NCBI GenBank assembly: GCA_037388825.1
Contig: JARRJV010000001.1
Coordinates: forward strand, 1,024 to 65,023
DNA: 64,000 bases
Reading direction: 5' to 3'
Origin: Acidiferrobacteraceae bacterium
Lineage (GTDB): Bacteria; Pseudomonadota; Gammaproteobacteria; Acidiferrobacterales; JAJDNE01
The notes beneath the pieces were generated by a model. That model searched no databases and was not told the origin of the DNA. It saw nothing but the letters and a program-made list of their open reading frames with translations. This document shows, piece by piece, positions 35,132-45,101 of the stretch. The stretch's first letter is position 1. Each line of letters begins with the position of its first letter. The translations under genes and the position numbers were made by a program.

Positions 35132-36430
35132 TCACGTTCTCCGTACGCGCAGGTCGAGAAAATGGGTGGCGCAGGAAATACACGGATCGTAGTTGCGTAT
35201 GGCCATCTCGCCCCGTTGGCGCAGGGTATCGTTGTCCCGGTCCAGGCCGAAGGCCTGCAGGCTCAGGCGCAGATCTTCCTCGATGCGGGCCTGGTTCTGG
35301 CTCGTCGGAGGGACGATGCGCGCTGCGGTGACAAGACCCTTGGAGTCGAGGTCGTAACGATGCCAAAGGATGCCCCGCGGTGCCTCGGTGCAGCCGTAGC
35401 CGGTGCCGGCCTTCGTGTGTACCTCCACCGCCGGCGTGGTCGTCTCCTCATACGATTCCAGTATCGCGATCGCCTCGTGCACGGCCAGCAGGATCTCCAC
35501 GGCCCGGGCGACAACGCTGTGGTACATGTTGTGGCTCGGGAACCGGATGCCGGTCTCCTCCAGCACCGTTCGCACCGCATGTGGCAGGCGGTCGAGATTG
35601 AGGTTCAGGCGCGCCAGTGGCCCGACGAGATAGGGTTCGCCTTCGAGCAGACTGTGCAGGGCAGTGGAATGGGGTTCCTGGTGCTCGGCAAAATGGGTTT
35701 CGTATTCGTCAACGGCGATATCGAGGCCGGCACTGGAAACGATGCGTCCCTCGTTCATGGGGTATTCATTTTCGTGGCGCAGGGCCACGGTCGTGAAAAC
35801 CTGTTCTACCTGCGGCAGATCGAATCCCGCGGTCCAGCGCACAAGCTCCCCGGCATCGGAAAGCGCAGCGCGCAGCTTGTTCAACAGTTCCTCGGCTTGT
35901 ACGCGGCCTGGCGCGTGATGGAATCCGCCGACGCACACGCCCACGGGATGGACCGAGCGCGCCCCCAGCAGGTGAATGATGTCATTGCCCAAACCCTGGA
36001 GCCCAAGGCCGCGCCGGACCTCGTCCGGGTATTTGCGCGCCATTTCGGTCACGCTGGCAAAGCCGAGAAAATCCGGCGCCGCCAGCATATGGATGTGCAG
36101 CGCATGGCTCTGCAACCATTCGCCGCAATACAGCAAGCGCCGCATGGTCCGTACCCACGGGCCCGGATCGATACCGAATACGCCCTCGATCGCATGCACC
36201 GCGCTCATCTGGTATGCCACCGGGCAAATGCCGCAGATGCGCGCCACCATGTCCGGCACTTCGGTGTACTCGCGCCCCTCGAGGAATTTTTCGAACATGC
36301 GCGGCGGCTCAAAGATGTGCAACTTGAGGTGCTCGATCCGGCCGTCGCGAATGTCCAGCTCCAGGGAGCCTTCACCCTCGACCCGCGCGAGTACCGGAAG
36401 CTTGATGGGGATGTTGCGCTCTTCGCTCAT
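35132..36430 (-). CDS. [NiFe]-hydrogenase large (alpha) subunit, cytosolic group 3 (3b-like by operon structure)
   Basis: RVEGEG, RICGICPVAY, C-terminal DPCISCATH plus a short extension. 432 aa. Confidence 0.92.
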   Translation of the reverse strand: MSEERNIPIKLPVLARVEGEGSLELDIRDGRIEHLKLHIFEPPRMFEKFLEGREYTEVPDMVARICGICPVAYQMSAVHAIEGVFGIDPGPWVRTMRRLLYCGEWLQSHALHIHMLAAPDFLGFASVTEMARKYPDEVRRGLGLQGLGNDIIHLLGARSVHPVGVCVGGFHHAPGRVQAEELLNKLRAALSDAGELVRWTAGFDLPQVEQVFTTVALRHENEYPMNEGRIVSSAGLDIAVDEYETHFAEHQEPHSTALHSLLEGEPYLVGPLARLNLNLDRLPHAVRTVLEETGIRFPSHNMYHSVVARAVEILLAVHEAIAILESYEETTTPAVEVHTKAGTGYGCTEAPRGILWHRYDLDSKGLVTAARIVPPTSQNQARIEEDLRLSLQAFGLDRDNDTLRQRGEMAIRNYDPCISCATHFLDLRVRRT

Positions 36431-37200
36431 TTGTCCTTGCCCTGGCCTGCCTCGGTGAAAGGCGGCGCTCCGCTGTTGATGAAGTGAAAGCGCCGCGCAA
36501 TGGCATCAGGCATGAGACCGAGACCCTCGAAACGCCGTGACAGGGATTCGGTATTCGCGTTCTCCCCCGGACCGAAGCAGGCATAGCAGTCGCGCCCGAA
36601 ACGCGGACACAGGGCGCCGCACCCGGTGCGGGTAACCGGTCCCAGGCATGGAAGGCCGCGGGTAACCATGACGCACACCGCCTGTTCGCGCTTGCACTCC
36701 AGGCATACCTTGTCCTGTTCAAAAGCGGGTGCGACACCGGATAGCAGATCGCGAATGGCGGCCAGCACCTGGCGCCGGTCCACGGGACATCCCCATAACT
36801 CGAGGTCCACCTTCACATGGGCGGCAATGGGTGTGGAGGTGGACAGGCTACGGATGTAGTCGGGTTTTGCGTAGATGGATGTCACCCATTCGTCGGCATC
36901 GGCGAAGTTGCGTAGGGCCTGCAGACCTCCACTGGTGGCGCAGGCGCCGATGGTGATCAGGTAATGGCTGTGTTCGCGAATCGCGCGTATGCGCTCGAGG
37001 TCGTCGGGTGCCGAGATGCTGCCCTCAACGAAGGCGATGTCCACCTCGGCGTCGGTGGCGACCGGTCCCGCTTCGACGAAATGCACGATATCGACCAGCT
37101 CGCTCAAGGTGAGCAGGTCCTCGCCCATGCCCAGGAAGGCGAGCTGGCAGCCGTCGCAGGAAGCGAACTTGTGTACCGCGATTTTCGGTTTGTCTGCCAT
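36427..37200 (-). CDS. Group-3 hydrogenase small (delta) subunit
   Basis: Start MADKPKIAVHKFASCDGCQ at 37200 (TGATG overlap). Cys clusters GACATSGG and CLECKREQAVC. No Tat signal. Confidence 0.9.
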   Translation of the reverse strand: MADKPKIAVHKFASCDGCQLAFLGMGEDLLTLSELVDIVHFVEAGPVATDAEVDIAFVEGSISAPDDLERIRAIREHSHYLITIGACATSGGLQALRNFADADEWVTSIYAKPDYIRSLSTSTPIAAHVKVDLELWGCPVDRRQVLAAIRDLLSGVAPAFEQDKVCLECKREQAVCVMVTRGLPCLGPVTRTGCGALCPRFGRDCYACFGPGENANTESLSRRFEGLGLMPDAIARRFHFINSGAPPFTEAGQGKDK

Positions 37201-38033
37201 CAGAACCCCCGGACTCCGAACAAGGGTTTGACCTGCGTGTAACTGAACACTGGCCCGTCCTTGCACACGAATTGGCCACCGCGCTGACAGTGGCCGCACA
37301 GGCCCATCGCGCACTTCATGCTGCGTTCCATGCTGAGAAACAGATTGTCCTCTCCCATGCCGCGCGCGTGAAGCTGTTCGATGGCAGCCCTCATCATCCC
37401 CTCGGGTCCGCACATCATGGCCACGGCAGTCGAAAAATCCATCTCTACCCGATCGAAGAGGTCGGTGACGTGGCCCACATGCCAGGGCCACAGGGCGGCG
37501 CCCTCGTCCGCCGCCACCAGCACCTGGGTCTCGGGTAGTCCACTCCAGTGGGTGTACTGGCTGCGCCAGATGAGATCGTCCGAGTGTTTTACCCCCTGCA
37601 TGATGACCAGGCGGCGAAACTGCTCGCGCCGCCGCATGACATAGTTGATTACCGACACCACGGGCGCGCAGCCGAGTCCACCGGTAACGATCATCACGTC
37701 GCGGTCCTCGGCGAGCTCCAGGGGCCAGCCGCGGCCATAGGGTCCACGTATGCCGAGCCGATCTCCGGCCTCCAGTTGTGCCAGTCCCTTGGTCACGCGG
37801 CCGACGGCGCGGATGGTGTGATCAAAAAGGTGTACGTCCTCCGGATCGGAGACGATGGAGATGGGAACCTCGCCCACGCCATACAGGTAGAGCATGTTGA
37901 ACTGGCCCGGGGCGAAACTGTAGGCCGCATGTTGCTCCGGGTCGGTGAAGCGCAGGCGCAGGGTGAAGATGGTGGGCGATTCCTGAATGCGTTCCACGAC
38001 CTCTGCCTCCAGCGGACGGTGCGGGTTGGTCAT
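37200..38033 (-). CDS. Hydrogenase gamma subunit: FAD/NAD(P)-binding ferredoxin-reductase-like with C-terminal [2Fe-2S] Cys motif (AsrB-like)
   Basis: Start MTNPHRPLEAEV at 38033 (ATGA overlap). IVTGGLGCAP nucleotide-binding motif. C-terminal CAMGLCGHCQ. Confidence 0.88.
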   Translation of the reverse strand: MTNPHRPLEAEVVERIQESPTIFTLRLRFTDPEQHAAYSFAPGQFNMLYLYGVGEVPISIVSDPEDVHLFDHTIRAVGRVTKGLAQLEAGDRLGIRGPYGRGWPLELAEDRDVMIVTGGLGCAPVVSVINYVMRRREQFRRLVIMQGVKHSDDLIWRSQYTHWSGLPETQVLVAADEGAALWPWHVGHVTDLFDRVEMDFSTAVAMMCGPEGMMRAAIEQLHARGMGEDNLFLSMERSMKCAMGLCGHCQRGGQFVCKDGPVFSYTQVKPLFGVRGF

Positions 38034-39133
38034 GATCCGTTCTCTCCGCAGATGGCCGCTACCTCTTCGGTGATGTCGATGCCGACGGGACACCAGCTGA
38101 TGCAGCGGCCGCATCCTACACAACCACTGCGGCCGTACTGGTCATGCCAACTGCCGAGCTTGTGCGTCAGCCACTGGCGATAGCGCTTGGGTGTGTCGTC
38201 GCGCAGGGTGATACCGTGGATGTGGCTGTGGCCGGCCGTGAAGCAGGAATCCCACTCGCGCACGTGTTCGCTTTGGGATCCGTCAAGGGAGGCATCGTCC
38301 AGCTCACTGTGACAGAAACAGGTGGGGCAAACCGAGGTGCAGTTGCCGCAGGAAAGGCATCTTTCGGCGACATCGTCCCAACGGGGGTGGGAAAGATTGG
38401 CGAACAGCGCATCGCGAAGCGTGCGTGACGGCAGGGCCCGGGTTTGCTGTTGAGCCGCCTGTTCGATCTCCCGCTCGGCGGCATCCCGTTGCGCATCGCT
38501 CGCCGGCGACAAGGCAAGTTTCGCCGCAATGGCGGCGCCACGTTCACTTCCTTCCTGCAAAAGATAGCCGTCGTCCAGCTCGTTCAGGGCGAGATCGAAT
38601 CCCTGTTCGGCGCGGGGCCCGTCGCCGGTGGAGGCGCAGAAACAGGTATCCGCCGGATGGGAACAATGCACGGCCACAAGGAACAGGTTTTCACGCCGGG
38701 CGCCGTAGTGAGGGTCGGCGAACGGTCCCTCAAGAAAATGCCGGTCCTGTAGTCGCAGGGCAGCAAGATCGCAGGCGCGGACACCGATTACGGCCAGGGG
38801 TGTGGACGATACCGGCGTATCGACGAAGCGGATCGTGTTGTCCGGTTCCCGCTCAGCGCGCCACAGGATTTCCTGCGGCGCGAACAGAAAGGGCTTGAGG
38901 GCCTGGGGCCCGGTGGCCCAGCTGAAATGGCGTGGGCCCGCATCTATTTCGATGCGATAGGAGCCGGGCGCCTGCCGGTCACGCACGCCCTGCGGCAGTT
39001 GCGATGTGTCGCCAAGCTCGTCGTACACGATGGCGTTGTCACGCAGCTGCGGGCCGACGCAACGATAGCCGGCCTCACGCAGCGCATCGAGGAGTGTCTG
39101 CAATCCGGCTCGTGGGAGAAACCCGGTGCCCAT
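38030..39133 (-). CDS. Hydrogenase beta subunit: 4Fe-4S dicluster protein (AsrA-like)
   Basis: Start MGTGFLPRAG at 39133. CLSCGNCTSVCPTCFC and CVGCGRCISWCP motifs. Confidence 0.88.
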   Translation of the reverse strand: MGTGFLPRAGLQTLLDALREAGYRCVGPQLRDNAIVYDELGDTSQLPQGVRDRQAPGSYRIEIDAGPRHFSWATGPQALKPFLFAPQEILWRAEREPDNTIRFVDTPVSSTPLAVIGVRACDLAALRLQDRHFLEGPFADPHYGARRENLFLVAVHCSHPADTCFCASTGDGPRAEQGFDLALNELDDGYLLQEGSERGAAIAAKLALSPASDAQRDAAEREIEQAAQQQTRALPSRTLRDALFANLSHPRWDDVAERCLSCGNCTSVCPTCFCHSELDDASLDGSQSEHVREWDSCFTAGHSHIHGITLRDDTPKRYRQWLTHKLGSWHDQYGRSGCVGCGRCISWCPVGIDITEEVAAICGENGS

Positions 39134-39389
39134 ACTCGCCTCGCCTGGTTCGTGGACAAATTCATTAGAACATATCTCCCCCGGCTGTCGTAGGGACGTC
39201 AGCCCCAAAAAGTCGACGGAGCGCAAATGCCGAATTCCGCGGATGACATTCCGGGAGCGTTGGGTTTTGCCGGACAAACGGGCCACCGCCGTCACGGCGA
39301 CTCGGGTAGATTAGGCCCTGGTGGGGACGACATGGCTTGTCCGCGCCGTGATTGACACTTTCCCGTCACCCGGTGGAGGAACAGGCAGA

Positions 39390-39590
39390 ATGAACAAGAC
39401 ACTTATAATAAAGATCGTGGAGTCGGTGGGGTATTCCCTCGGTCCGGCATTGATTGCGCTGAACATCCTGGATTTCAGGTATGCCCGGCACTCCCACTTC
39501 TACTACTACAAGAGCGGAGCCGAGTGGGGTATCGCGATCGGTGTGTTGCTGATCGGACTGGCCTATATCGCCAAGAGGTGGCGCAACTGA
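39390..39590 (+). CDS. Small 2-TM membrane protein (66 aa), unknown
   Basis: GGAGGA lies 9 nt upstream of the ATG at 39390. Two hydrophobic helices. Confidence 0.45.
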   Translation: MNKTLIIKIVESVGYSLGPALIALNILDFRYARHSHFYYYKSGAEWGIAIGVLLIGLAYIAKRWRN

Positions 39591-39659
39591 AGGATTCGGA
39601 GGTTGTTCGCGGGCGGCCCGGGATGCTAAAAGAGGGTACGCATTCCCGGGAGTAAAAGG

Positions 39660-40511
39660 ATGAGACTCTCCGTCTGGTCTGCCGCGCTGGTTCTGTCGCT
39701 GCTGCTCACCCCCTCGGTCCAAGCCGCGCGGCCGGACGAAATCGTCACCTTCGATGATGGCCTGCAGGCCGCGGCCTTCTATCCACCGGGATACGGCAGG
39801 GACGGCGCAGGCCACAAGTGGCCCACCATTCTGTTTTCCCACGGGTTCGGCGGCAGCGCCCTGTCACAGAACGAATTACTGCGAAAGCTTTCCAGGCTCG
39901 GGGTCCTGGCGCTGGCGGTGGAGCACAACGATCCGGTCACGCTGAAACGGATTCCGCCGAAGAAGCGTGACAGCAACTGGAAATACTTTCAGTTCCTGCG
40001 CCGCCACCCGTTCACTGAAAAGACCTACGGCTACCGACCGCCCGAGTTTGACCATTTTGTCAGGGACGCCGTCGCCCGCTTCCCGGTGGACACACACAAG
40101 GTGATTTTCGCCGGCCACTCCATGGGCGGTTACACCATATTCAATGCCGTGAAATCCTCACCGGTGAAGCCGATAGCATTGATCGCCTATTCCACGGGCG
40201 AGGAGACCTACAAGACGGGTCGCCAGTACTTCACATCCGGACAACTGGCTGCCCTACATATGCCTTTGCTGATCACCTACGGCGAGAAAGAACCGGATGC
40301 CAAGAAAGGACCGTATGCGGACCAGATCCGCCGCTACTATGGTGGATCCAGTGAGGAAATTATGATCAAGGGCGGAGGCCACCTTTGCTATGTCGACGCG
40401 GAACTATGGTGGAAGCAGAAAAAGCGGCACGAACTGATTCAGGCCGTGTTTGCGCGAACCCGGTCCTGGCTCGCGGAAGTTCTCAAGGATCCCGGGATCG
40501 CAACTCGCTAG
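39660..40511 (+). CDS. Secreted alpha/beta hydrolase (dienelactone hydrolase/PAF-acetylhydrolase-like)
   Basis: Signal peptide ...TPSVQA-AR. Nucleophile elbow GHSMGG. Confidence 0.8.
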   Translation: MRLSVWSAALVLSLLLTPSVQAARPDEIVTFDDGLQAAAFYPPGYGRDGAGHKWPTILFSHGFGGSALSQNELLRKLSRLGVLALAVEHNDPVTLKRIPPKKRDSNWKYFQFLRRHPFTEKTYGYRPPEFDHFVRDAVARFPVDTHKVIFAGHSMGGYTIFNAVKSSPVKPIALIAYSTGEETYKTGRQYFTSGQLAALHMPLLITYGEKEPDAKKGPYADQIRRYYGGSSEEIMIKGGGHLCYVDAELWWKQKKRHELIQAVFARTRSWLAEVLKDPGIATR

Positions 40512-40526
40512 CAGGTTCCCCGCTGG

Positions 40527-40991
40527 TCACCGGGCAAAGTGACCTCGCGTCCCTCCTGTCATGAGCTCATTGAATTGGAGCCCACTGAGGTGTACCAGCG
40601 CTTCGTGATCGCCGGCCTCGAAATACACTTCGTCTTCGTCGAGCAGGGAATCGTCGACAATGCTCTCCAGGTCATAGGCCGCGGCCAGCGCCGGCACGGC
40701 GCCGGGTTGGCAGTCGGCAAAAATCGCGTAGACATCGTTCTCGACCGCGAGTCCCACCTGCCGGCCGAGGTCACGGTGGAGTTTTCCGAGATCCACCCGG
40801 CGAGTTGAGGGAACGATTGCGAGCAGATAGCCTTCCTTGTCCTCGAGCAGCACGGATTTTGCCACCTGCCGGCCGGAGACGTGCGCAAGCTCCGCCGCCC
40901 GCGCCGACGACATCGCGCGTGGATGCTCAACCAGATCGAAGGGTATATGGTGCGAAACAAGATACTGCTCAATGGCACGTGCGATGGTCAT
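40527..40991 (-). CDS. YbaK/EbsC/ProX-type aminoacyl-tRNA deacylase domain protein
   Basis: Start MTIARAIEQYL at 40991. The pattern VAKSVLL.D...YLLAIVP...VDLGKL...GAVP resembles the YbaK domain by memory. Confidence 0.65.
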   Translation of the reverse strand: MTIARAIEQYLVSHHIPFDLVEHPRAMSSARAAELAHVSGRQVAKSVLLEDKEGYLLAIVPSTRRVDLGKLHRDLGRQVGLAVENDVYAIFADCQPGAVPALAAAYDLESIVDDSLLDEDEVYFEAGDHEALVHLSGLQFNELMTGGTRGHFAR

Positions 40992-41191
40992 GGCACACCT
41001 CCTGGCGGTATCGGTCGCCGCTCGCGGGTAGTGACGGGCAGGAAATGGTAAGCCCGCAAGCAACGGAAACACAACGATATCCGTATAAACTTTCTGCTTT
41101 CCGCGGGGCCGCAATACACGACGCAGGTCAATCTACATCCCCGGTGCCATCAGGTAGACTAGGGAAATTGCGCAGAGACTGGAGCAAGGCA

Positions 41192-42079
41192 ATGAAGCCG
41201 GTGACAATACCCGCCCATTCCATAAGCCGGATTTTCCTGGCCTTTGCGATTGTGAGCCTGGCGTCTTGCGGAAAGTCCTGGGATAACGGCGATTCCATCT
41301 CCCTTTCCGGAACCGTGGAGGCGCGGGAGGCGGACCTTTCATTTCAGGTTGGTGGACGCATCGCTACTATCGATGCCGACGAAGGGGCCGCCGTAAAGGC
41401 GGGCGATCTCGTTGCCACACTGGATGACACTGACTACAAGTTGGCCTACAAGCGCGCCGGGGCCGAGAATACCGCGGCTGCCGCTGCCGTCACCCAGGCG
41501 AAGGCGCATCTGAAATACACCCGCGCCGATCTGGAGCGCATTACCCAGCTCGCGCAAAAGAATCTGGTTTCACCGGATCAGCTCGACCAGGCGAAACTCC
41601 AGAACGAAAATGCCGCTGCCGATCTGGATCGTGCCGTGGCGCAGGTGGCGGTGGCGCGCGCGGCCCTGGCGACGGCGAAACGGCAACTGGACTACGTGCG
41701 CATGAGCGCACCCAATGCCGGAATGATCAGCGTACGTATGGCCGAAGTTGGAGAAGTGGTACCGGCGGGCAAGACCGTGGTGCGGCTGGCGGAAACCGCC
41801 CGACCCTGGATACGCGCCTATATCAACGAAGCCGATCTCGCGCGAGTTCGAGTGGGACAAAAGGCGAAGGTGAAGGTGGACGGCCTGCCGGGGAAGGTCT
41901 TCACGGGACGCCTGAGTTTTATTTCTCCAAAGGCGGAGTTCACGCCAAAAACGGTGGAGACCCATGCCCTGCGCGTTGATCTCGTCTATCGCATTCGCGT
42001 GGAAGTGGACAATCCGGACGGCGTCCTCAAAATCGGAATGCCGGCGGATATCACGCTGCAGGCGGCGCCGACATCGTGA
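41192..42079 (+). CDS. HlyD-family periplasmic adaptor lipoprotein (YbhG-like)
   Basis: Lipobox LASCG. Biotinyl/lipoyl-like and coiled-coil segments. Followed by ABC ATPase and ABC-2 permease genes. Confidence 0.85.
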   Translation: MKPVTIPAHSISRIFLAFAIVSLASCGKSWDNGDSISLSGTVEAREADLSFQVGGRIATIDADEGAAVKAGDLVATLDDTDYKLAYKRAGAENTAAAAAVTQAKAHLKYTRADLERITQLAQKNLVSPDQLDQAKLQNENAAADLDRAVAQVAVARAALATAKRQLDYVRMSAPNAGMISVRMAEVGEVVPAGKTVVRLAETARPWIRAYINEADLARVRVGQKAKVKVDGLPGKVFTGRLSFISPKAEFTPKTVETHALRVDLVYRIRVEVDNPDGVLKIGMPADITLQAAPTS

Positions 42080-43002
42080 CTACGATGGCCATCGAGGCGC
42101 GTGACCTCGGTTTTCAATACGATGGCCATAGCGCGTTGCGGGATATCGATCTTGAGGTGCGGCCCGGCGAGATCTTCGGCCTGGTCGGTGCCGATGGTGC
42201 CGGCAAGACCACCTTGTTGCGTATCGCCGCCGGCCAGATGGTCCCCGGGTCCGGGACCATCCGCGTATTGGGGCAGGAGCCGGTCAACCCGGAAGTCCGT
42301 GGCCAGCTTGCCTATATGCCCCAGGGTTTCGGTCTCTACCCCGATCTGTCGTGCATCGAAAACCTTTATTTCTTTGCCGATCTTCATGGGCTTGCACGCG
42401 CCGATGCCGATACCCTGATTCGTGATCTCCTGCAACGAACCGGGCTTGCCGGTTTTGAAGAACGGCGGGCCGGCAAGCTCTCGGGGGGCATGATGCAGAA
42501 GTTGGCGCTGGCCTGTGCCCTGGTGAGCCGGCCGCGCCTGATGTTGCTGGATGAACCCACCACCGGTGTCGATCCTCTTTCGCGGCGGGCCTTCTGGAGT
42601 CTGTTGGACACGGTCCGCGCCGAGGGAGTTGCGATACTCTACGCCACGGCGAACATGGATGAGGCGGAGCGATGTGATCGCGTGGGCATGCTGGAACAGG
42701 GACGCATCGCCCATCTCGGCACACCGGTGGAATTGAGCGAGACCGGTGCAAACGCTTTGTTGGCGGTGAGCGGGCCGGCAACGCGTCCCTATCGTCGCAA
42801 GGTCCAGGAACTGGCCGGAGTGCAGTTTGTCTTTCCCATCGGCCGACGCCTCATGGTGTGGCTGCAGGACGGGAAGGGCGCCAGTGCCTTCGACAAGGAA
42901 CTGAAAAAACTCAATCCGGATCTGCGGGCGGAGCCGGTTGTTCCGAGCCTGCATGATATTGCCCTGCGGGAACTTGCCGTGGGCGAGGCTTCCGGACGGT
43001 AA
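42076..43002 (+). CDS. ABC transporter ATP-binding protein
   Basis: Walker A GADGAGKTT, signature LSGGMMQK, Walker B LMLLDEPT. GTGA overlap with the upstream gene. Confidence 0.92.
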   Translation: MTTMAIEARDLGFQYDGHSALRDIDLEVRPGEIFGLVGADGAGKTTLLRIAAGQMVPGSGTIRVLGQEPVNPEVRGQLAYMPQGFGLYPDLSCIENLYFFADLHGLARADADTLIRDLLQRTGLAGFEERRAGKLSGGMMQKLALACALVSRPRLMLLDEPTTGVDPLSRRAFWSLLDTVRAEGVAILYATANMDEAERCDRVGMLEQGRIAHLGTPVELSETGANALLAVSGPATRPYRRKVQELAGVQFVFPIGRRLMVWLQDGKGASAFDKELKKLNPDLRAEPVVPSLHDIALRELAVGEASGR

Positions 43003-43008
43003 TCTCCC

Positions 43009-44001
43009 ATGGCCGACTCCGCAAGCAGCGCGAAACATAACGCCGCGGAGCAGGTGATCGATGCCCGCGGAATCACACGGCGCTTTGGTGATTTCGTCGC
43101 CGTCGACGATATCGACATCAAAGTGTCGGTGGGCGAGGTCTTTGGTTTGCTCGGCGCCAATGGCGCAGGCAAGACGACTTCCATTCGCATGCTCTGTGGC
43201 ATGCTTGCTCCGAATGATGGCACCATATCCGTGGGCGGTGTGGATATGGTGCATCATGCGCGGCACGCCCGGGCTCAAATCGGCTACGTATCCCAGCGCT
43301 TCGCCCTGTACCACGACCTGACTGTGCGGGAAAACCTGAACCTTGCCGCCGGGCTGTATGGTCTCGGTCCCGTGCGAAGGGAAACGCGGGTGGCCTGGGG
43401 GCTGGAGCGCCTGGAACTTGAAAGTCTCGCCGGCACGATGTCAGGGACCCTGCCCTTGGGCTACAAGCAGCGACTGGCACTGGCAGCTGCGCTCCTGCAC
43501 GAGCCCCAGGTCCTGTTTCTGGATGAACCGACGTCCGGCATTGATCCTTTGGCGCGGCAACGATTCTGGGAGCTGATTTACGATCTTGCCGACACCGGCA
43601 TCGGGATCCTGGTGACAACGCACTATATGGACGAAGCGCTGTTCTGCGATCGCCTGAGTCTCATGCACGCGGGAAGAATCGTCGCCGAGGGATCTCCGGA
43701 GGACCTGCTTGCGCGACCGCTGGACACTCCCATCATCGATCTGCGGGCCCCCGACTGCGGACATTGTGCCCGGTTGCTGGAAACCTGGCCCGAGGTGCGC
43801 GAGATCATTCCCCACGCGGGCCATTTGCGCATCCGGCTGAAGGCCGGCGAATCCGCCGAAGCAGCGATGAAGAAGATGTATGCCACTGCCAGCAAGGAGG
43901 GCGTGACCATCGACAAGCTGGAAGTGGTGGCGCCGCAGCTGGAGGATGTGTTCGTTGGTGTACTGGAAGAGGCCGGAGACACCCGGGAGGTGCCGGCATG
44001 A
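43009..44001 (+). CDS. ABC transporter ATP-binding protein (second ATPase)
   Basis: Walker A GANGAGKTT, Walker B VLFLDEPTSG. Confidence 0.92.
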   Translation: MADSASSAKHNAAEQVIDARGITRRFGDFVAVDDIDIKVSVGEVFGLLGANGAGKTTSIRMLCGMLAPNDGTISVGGVDMVHHARHARAQIGYVSQRFALYHDLTVRENLNLAAGLYGLGPVRRETRVAWGLERLELESLAGTMSGTLPLGYKQRLALAAALLHEPQVLFLDEPTSGIDPLARQRFWELIYDLADTGIGILVTTHYMDEALFCDRLSLMHAGRIVAEGSPEDLLARPLDTPIIDLRAPDCGHCARLLETWPEVREIIPHAGHLRIRLKAGESAEAAMKKMYATASKEGVTIDKLEVVAPQLEDVFVGVLEEAGDTREVPA

Positions 44002-45101
44002 ACCTGCAGCACGTGCGGGCCATGGCGCGCAAGGAATGGTGGCATCTGCTGCGCGACCCGCGCAGCCTGGCCCTGATTCTGCTCATGCCCATGATGCTGT
44101 TGTTCCTGTTTGGTTACGCCATCCGTCTGGATATCGAGAACGCACCTATCGGCGTGTTGCAGGAGGCAAACGATGCCGCAAGCAGCGAAATCGCCGGGCG
44201 CTTCGAAGGGACCCATGCATTTCAGGTGACCCGGTACGCGGACCGGGAGGCCATGTTCGCGGCCTTGCAGCACGGCGACATCTGGGGCGGCGTCATCATC
44301 CCGTCGGATTACGCGCGCAAGCTTGCCCGCGGCGACGCACGCATCCAGCTTCTGCTGGACGGGGTTGACGCCAACAGTGCCCGGCTGGTGCGCAATTATG
44401 CGATTGCACTGGTGGATAGCTACGCGCTGGATCTCTATGGCGTGGATCCACCGGTCCGTATCGAGGACCGAACCTGGTTCAATGAAACCAAGGAAAGCAA
44501 GTTTGCGATCATCCCGGGTGTTATCGCCCTGGTCATGGCGGTCATTGGCGCACTAATGACATCGCTTACTGTTGCCCGCGAGATGGAGCAGGGAAACCTG
44601 GTGATGTTGCGCACTACCCATCTCACGCGACTGGAGTTTCTCGTCGGCAAGCTCACGCCCTATTTCGTGATCGGCATGGCGGACCTGGTGGTGGCGGTCC
44701 TGGCATCCCAGTTTATCTTCGATGTGCCCGTCCGGGGTTCGTTGATCGCGTTGGCGGTCATGTCGGCGCTGTTTGTCATCGTGGTGATGTTGCAGGGGGC
44801 GCTGATTTCGGTCAGTGCCGGCAACCAGATGCTTGCAAGTCAAATGTCGCTGATTTCCACGTTCTTGCCGGCGTTCCTGCTGTCCGGCTTCGTGTTCGCC
44901 ATCGAGAATATGCCCTGGGTCTTGCAGGTGATTTCCCATATCGTGCCGGCTCGCTACTACGTGACCCTGAACAAGGCTATTTTCCTCAAGGGCGTGTCGC
45001 CGTTCCTGCTGTGGACCCAGGGCGCGGCCCTGCTCGCTATTCTTCTGTTCTTTGCCGCCGTAACCCTGCGCCGGTCGAAGAAGCTGGGGCTGTTGTCGTG
45101 A
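43998..45101 (+). CDS. ABC-2 type transporter permease
   Basis: The ATG at 43998 overlaps the upstream stop (ATGA). N-terminus MARKEWWHLLRDPRSL, large periplasmic loop, then 5 TM. Confidence 0.88.
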   Translation: MNLQHVRAMARKEWWHLLRDPRSLALILLMPMMLLFLFGYAIRLDIENAPIGVLQEANDAASSEIAGRFEGTHAFQVTRYADREAMFAALQHGDIWGGVIIPSDYARKLARGDARIQLLLDGVDANSARLVRNYAIALVDSYALDLYGVDPPVRIEDRTWFNETKESKFAIIPGVIALVMAVIGALMTSLTVAREMEQGNLVMLRTTHLTRLEFLVGKLTPYFVIGMADLVVAVLASQFIFDVPVRGSLIALAVMSALFVIVVMLQGALISVSAGNQMLASQMSLISTFLPAFLLSGFVFAIENMPWVLQVISHIVPARYYVTLNKAIFLKGVSPFLLWTQGAALLAILLFFAAVTLRRSKKLGLLS

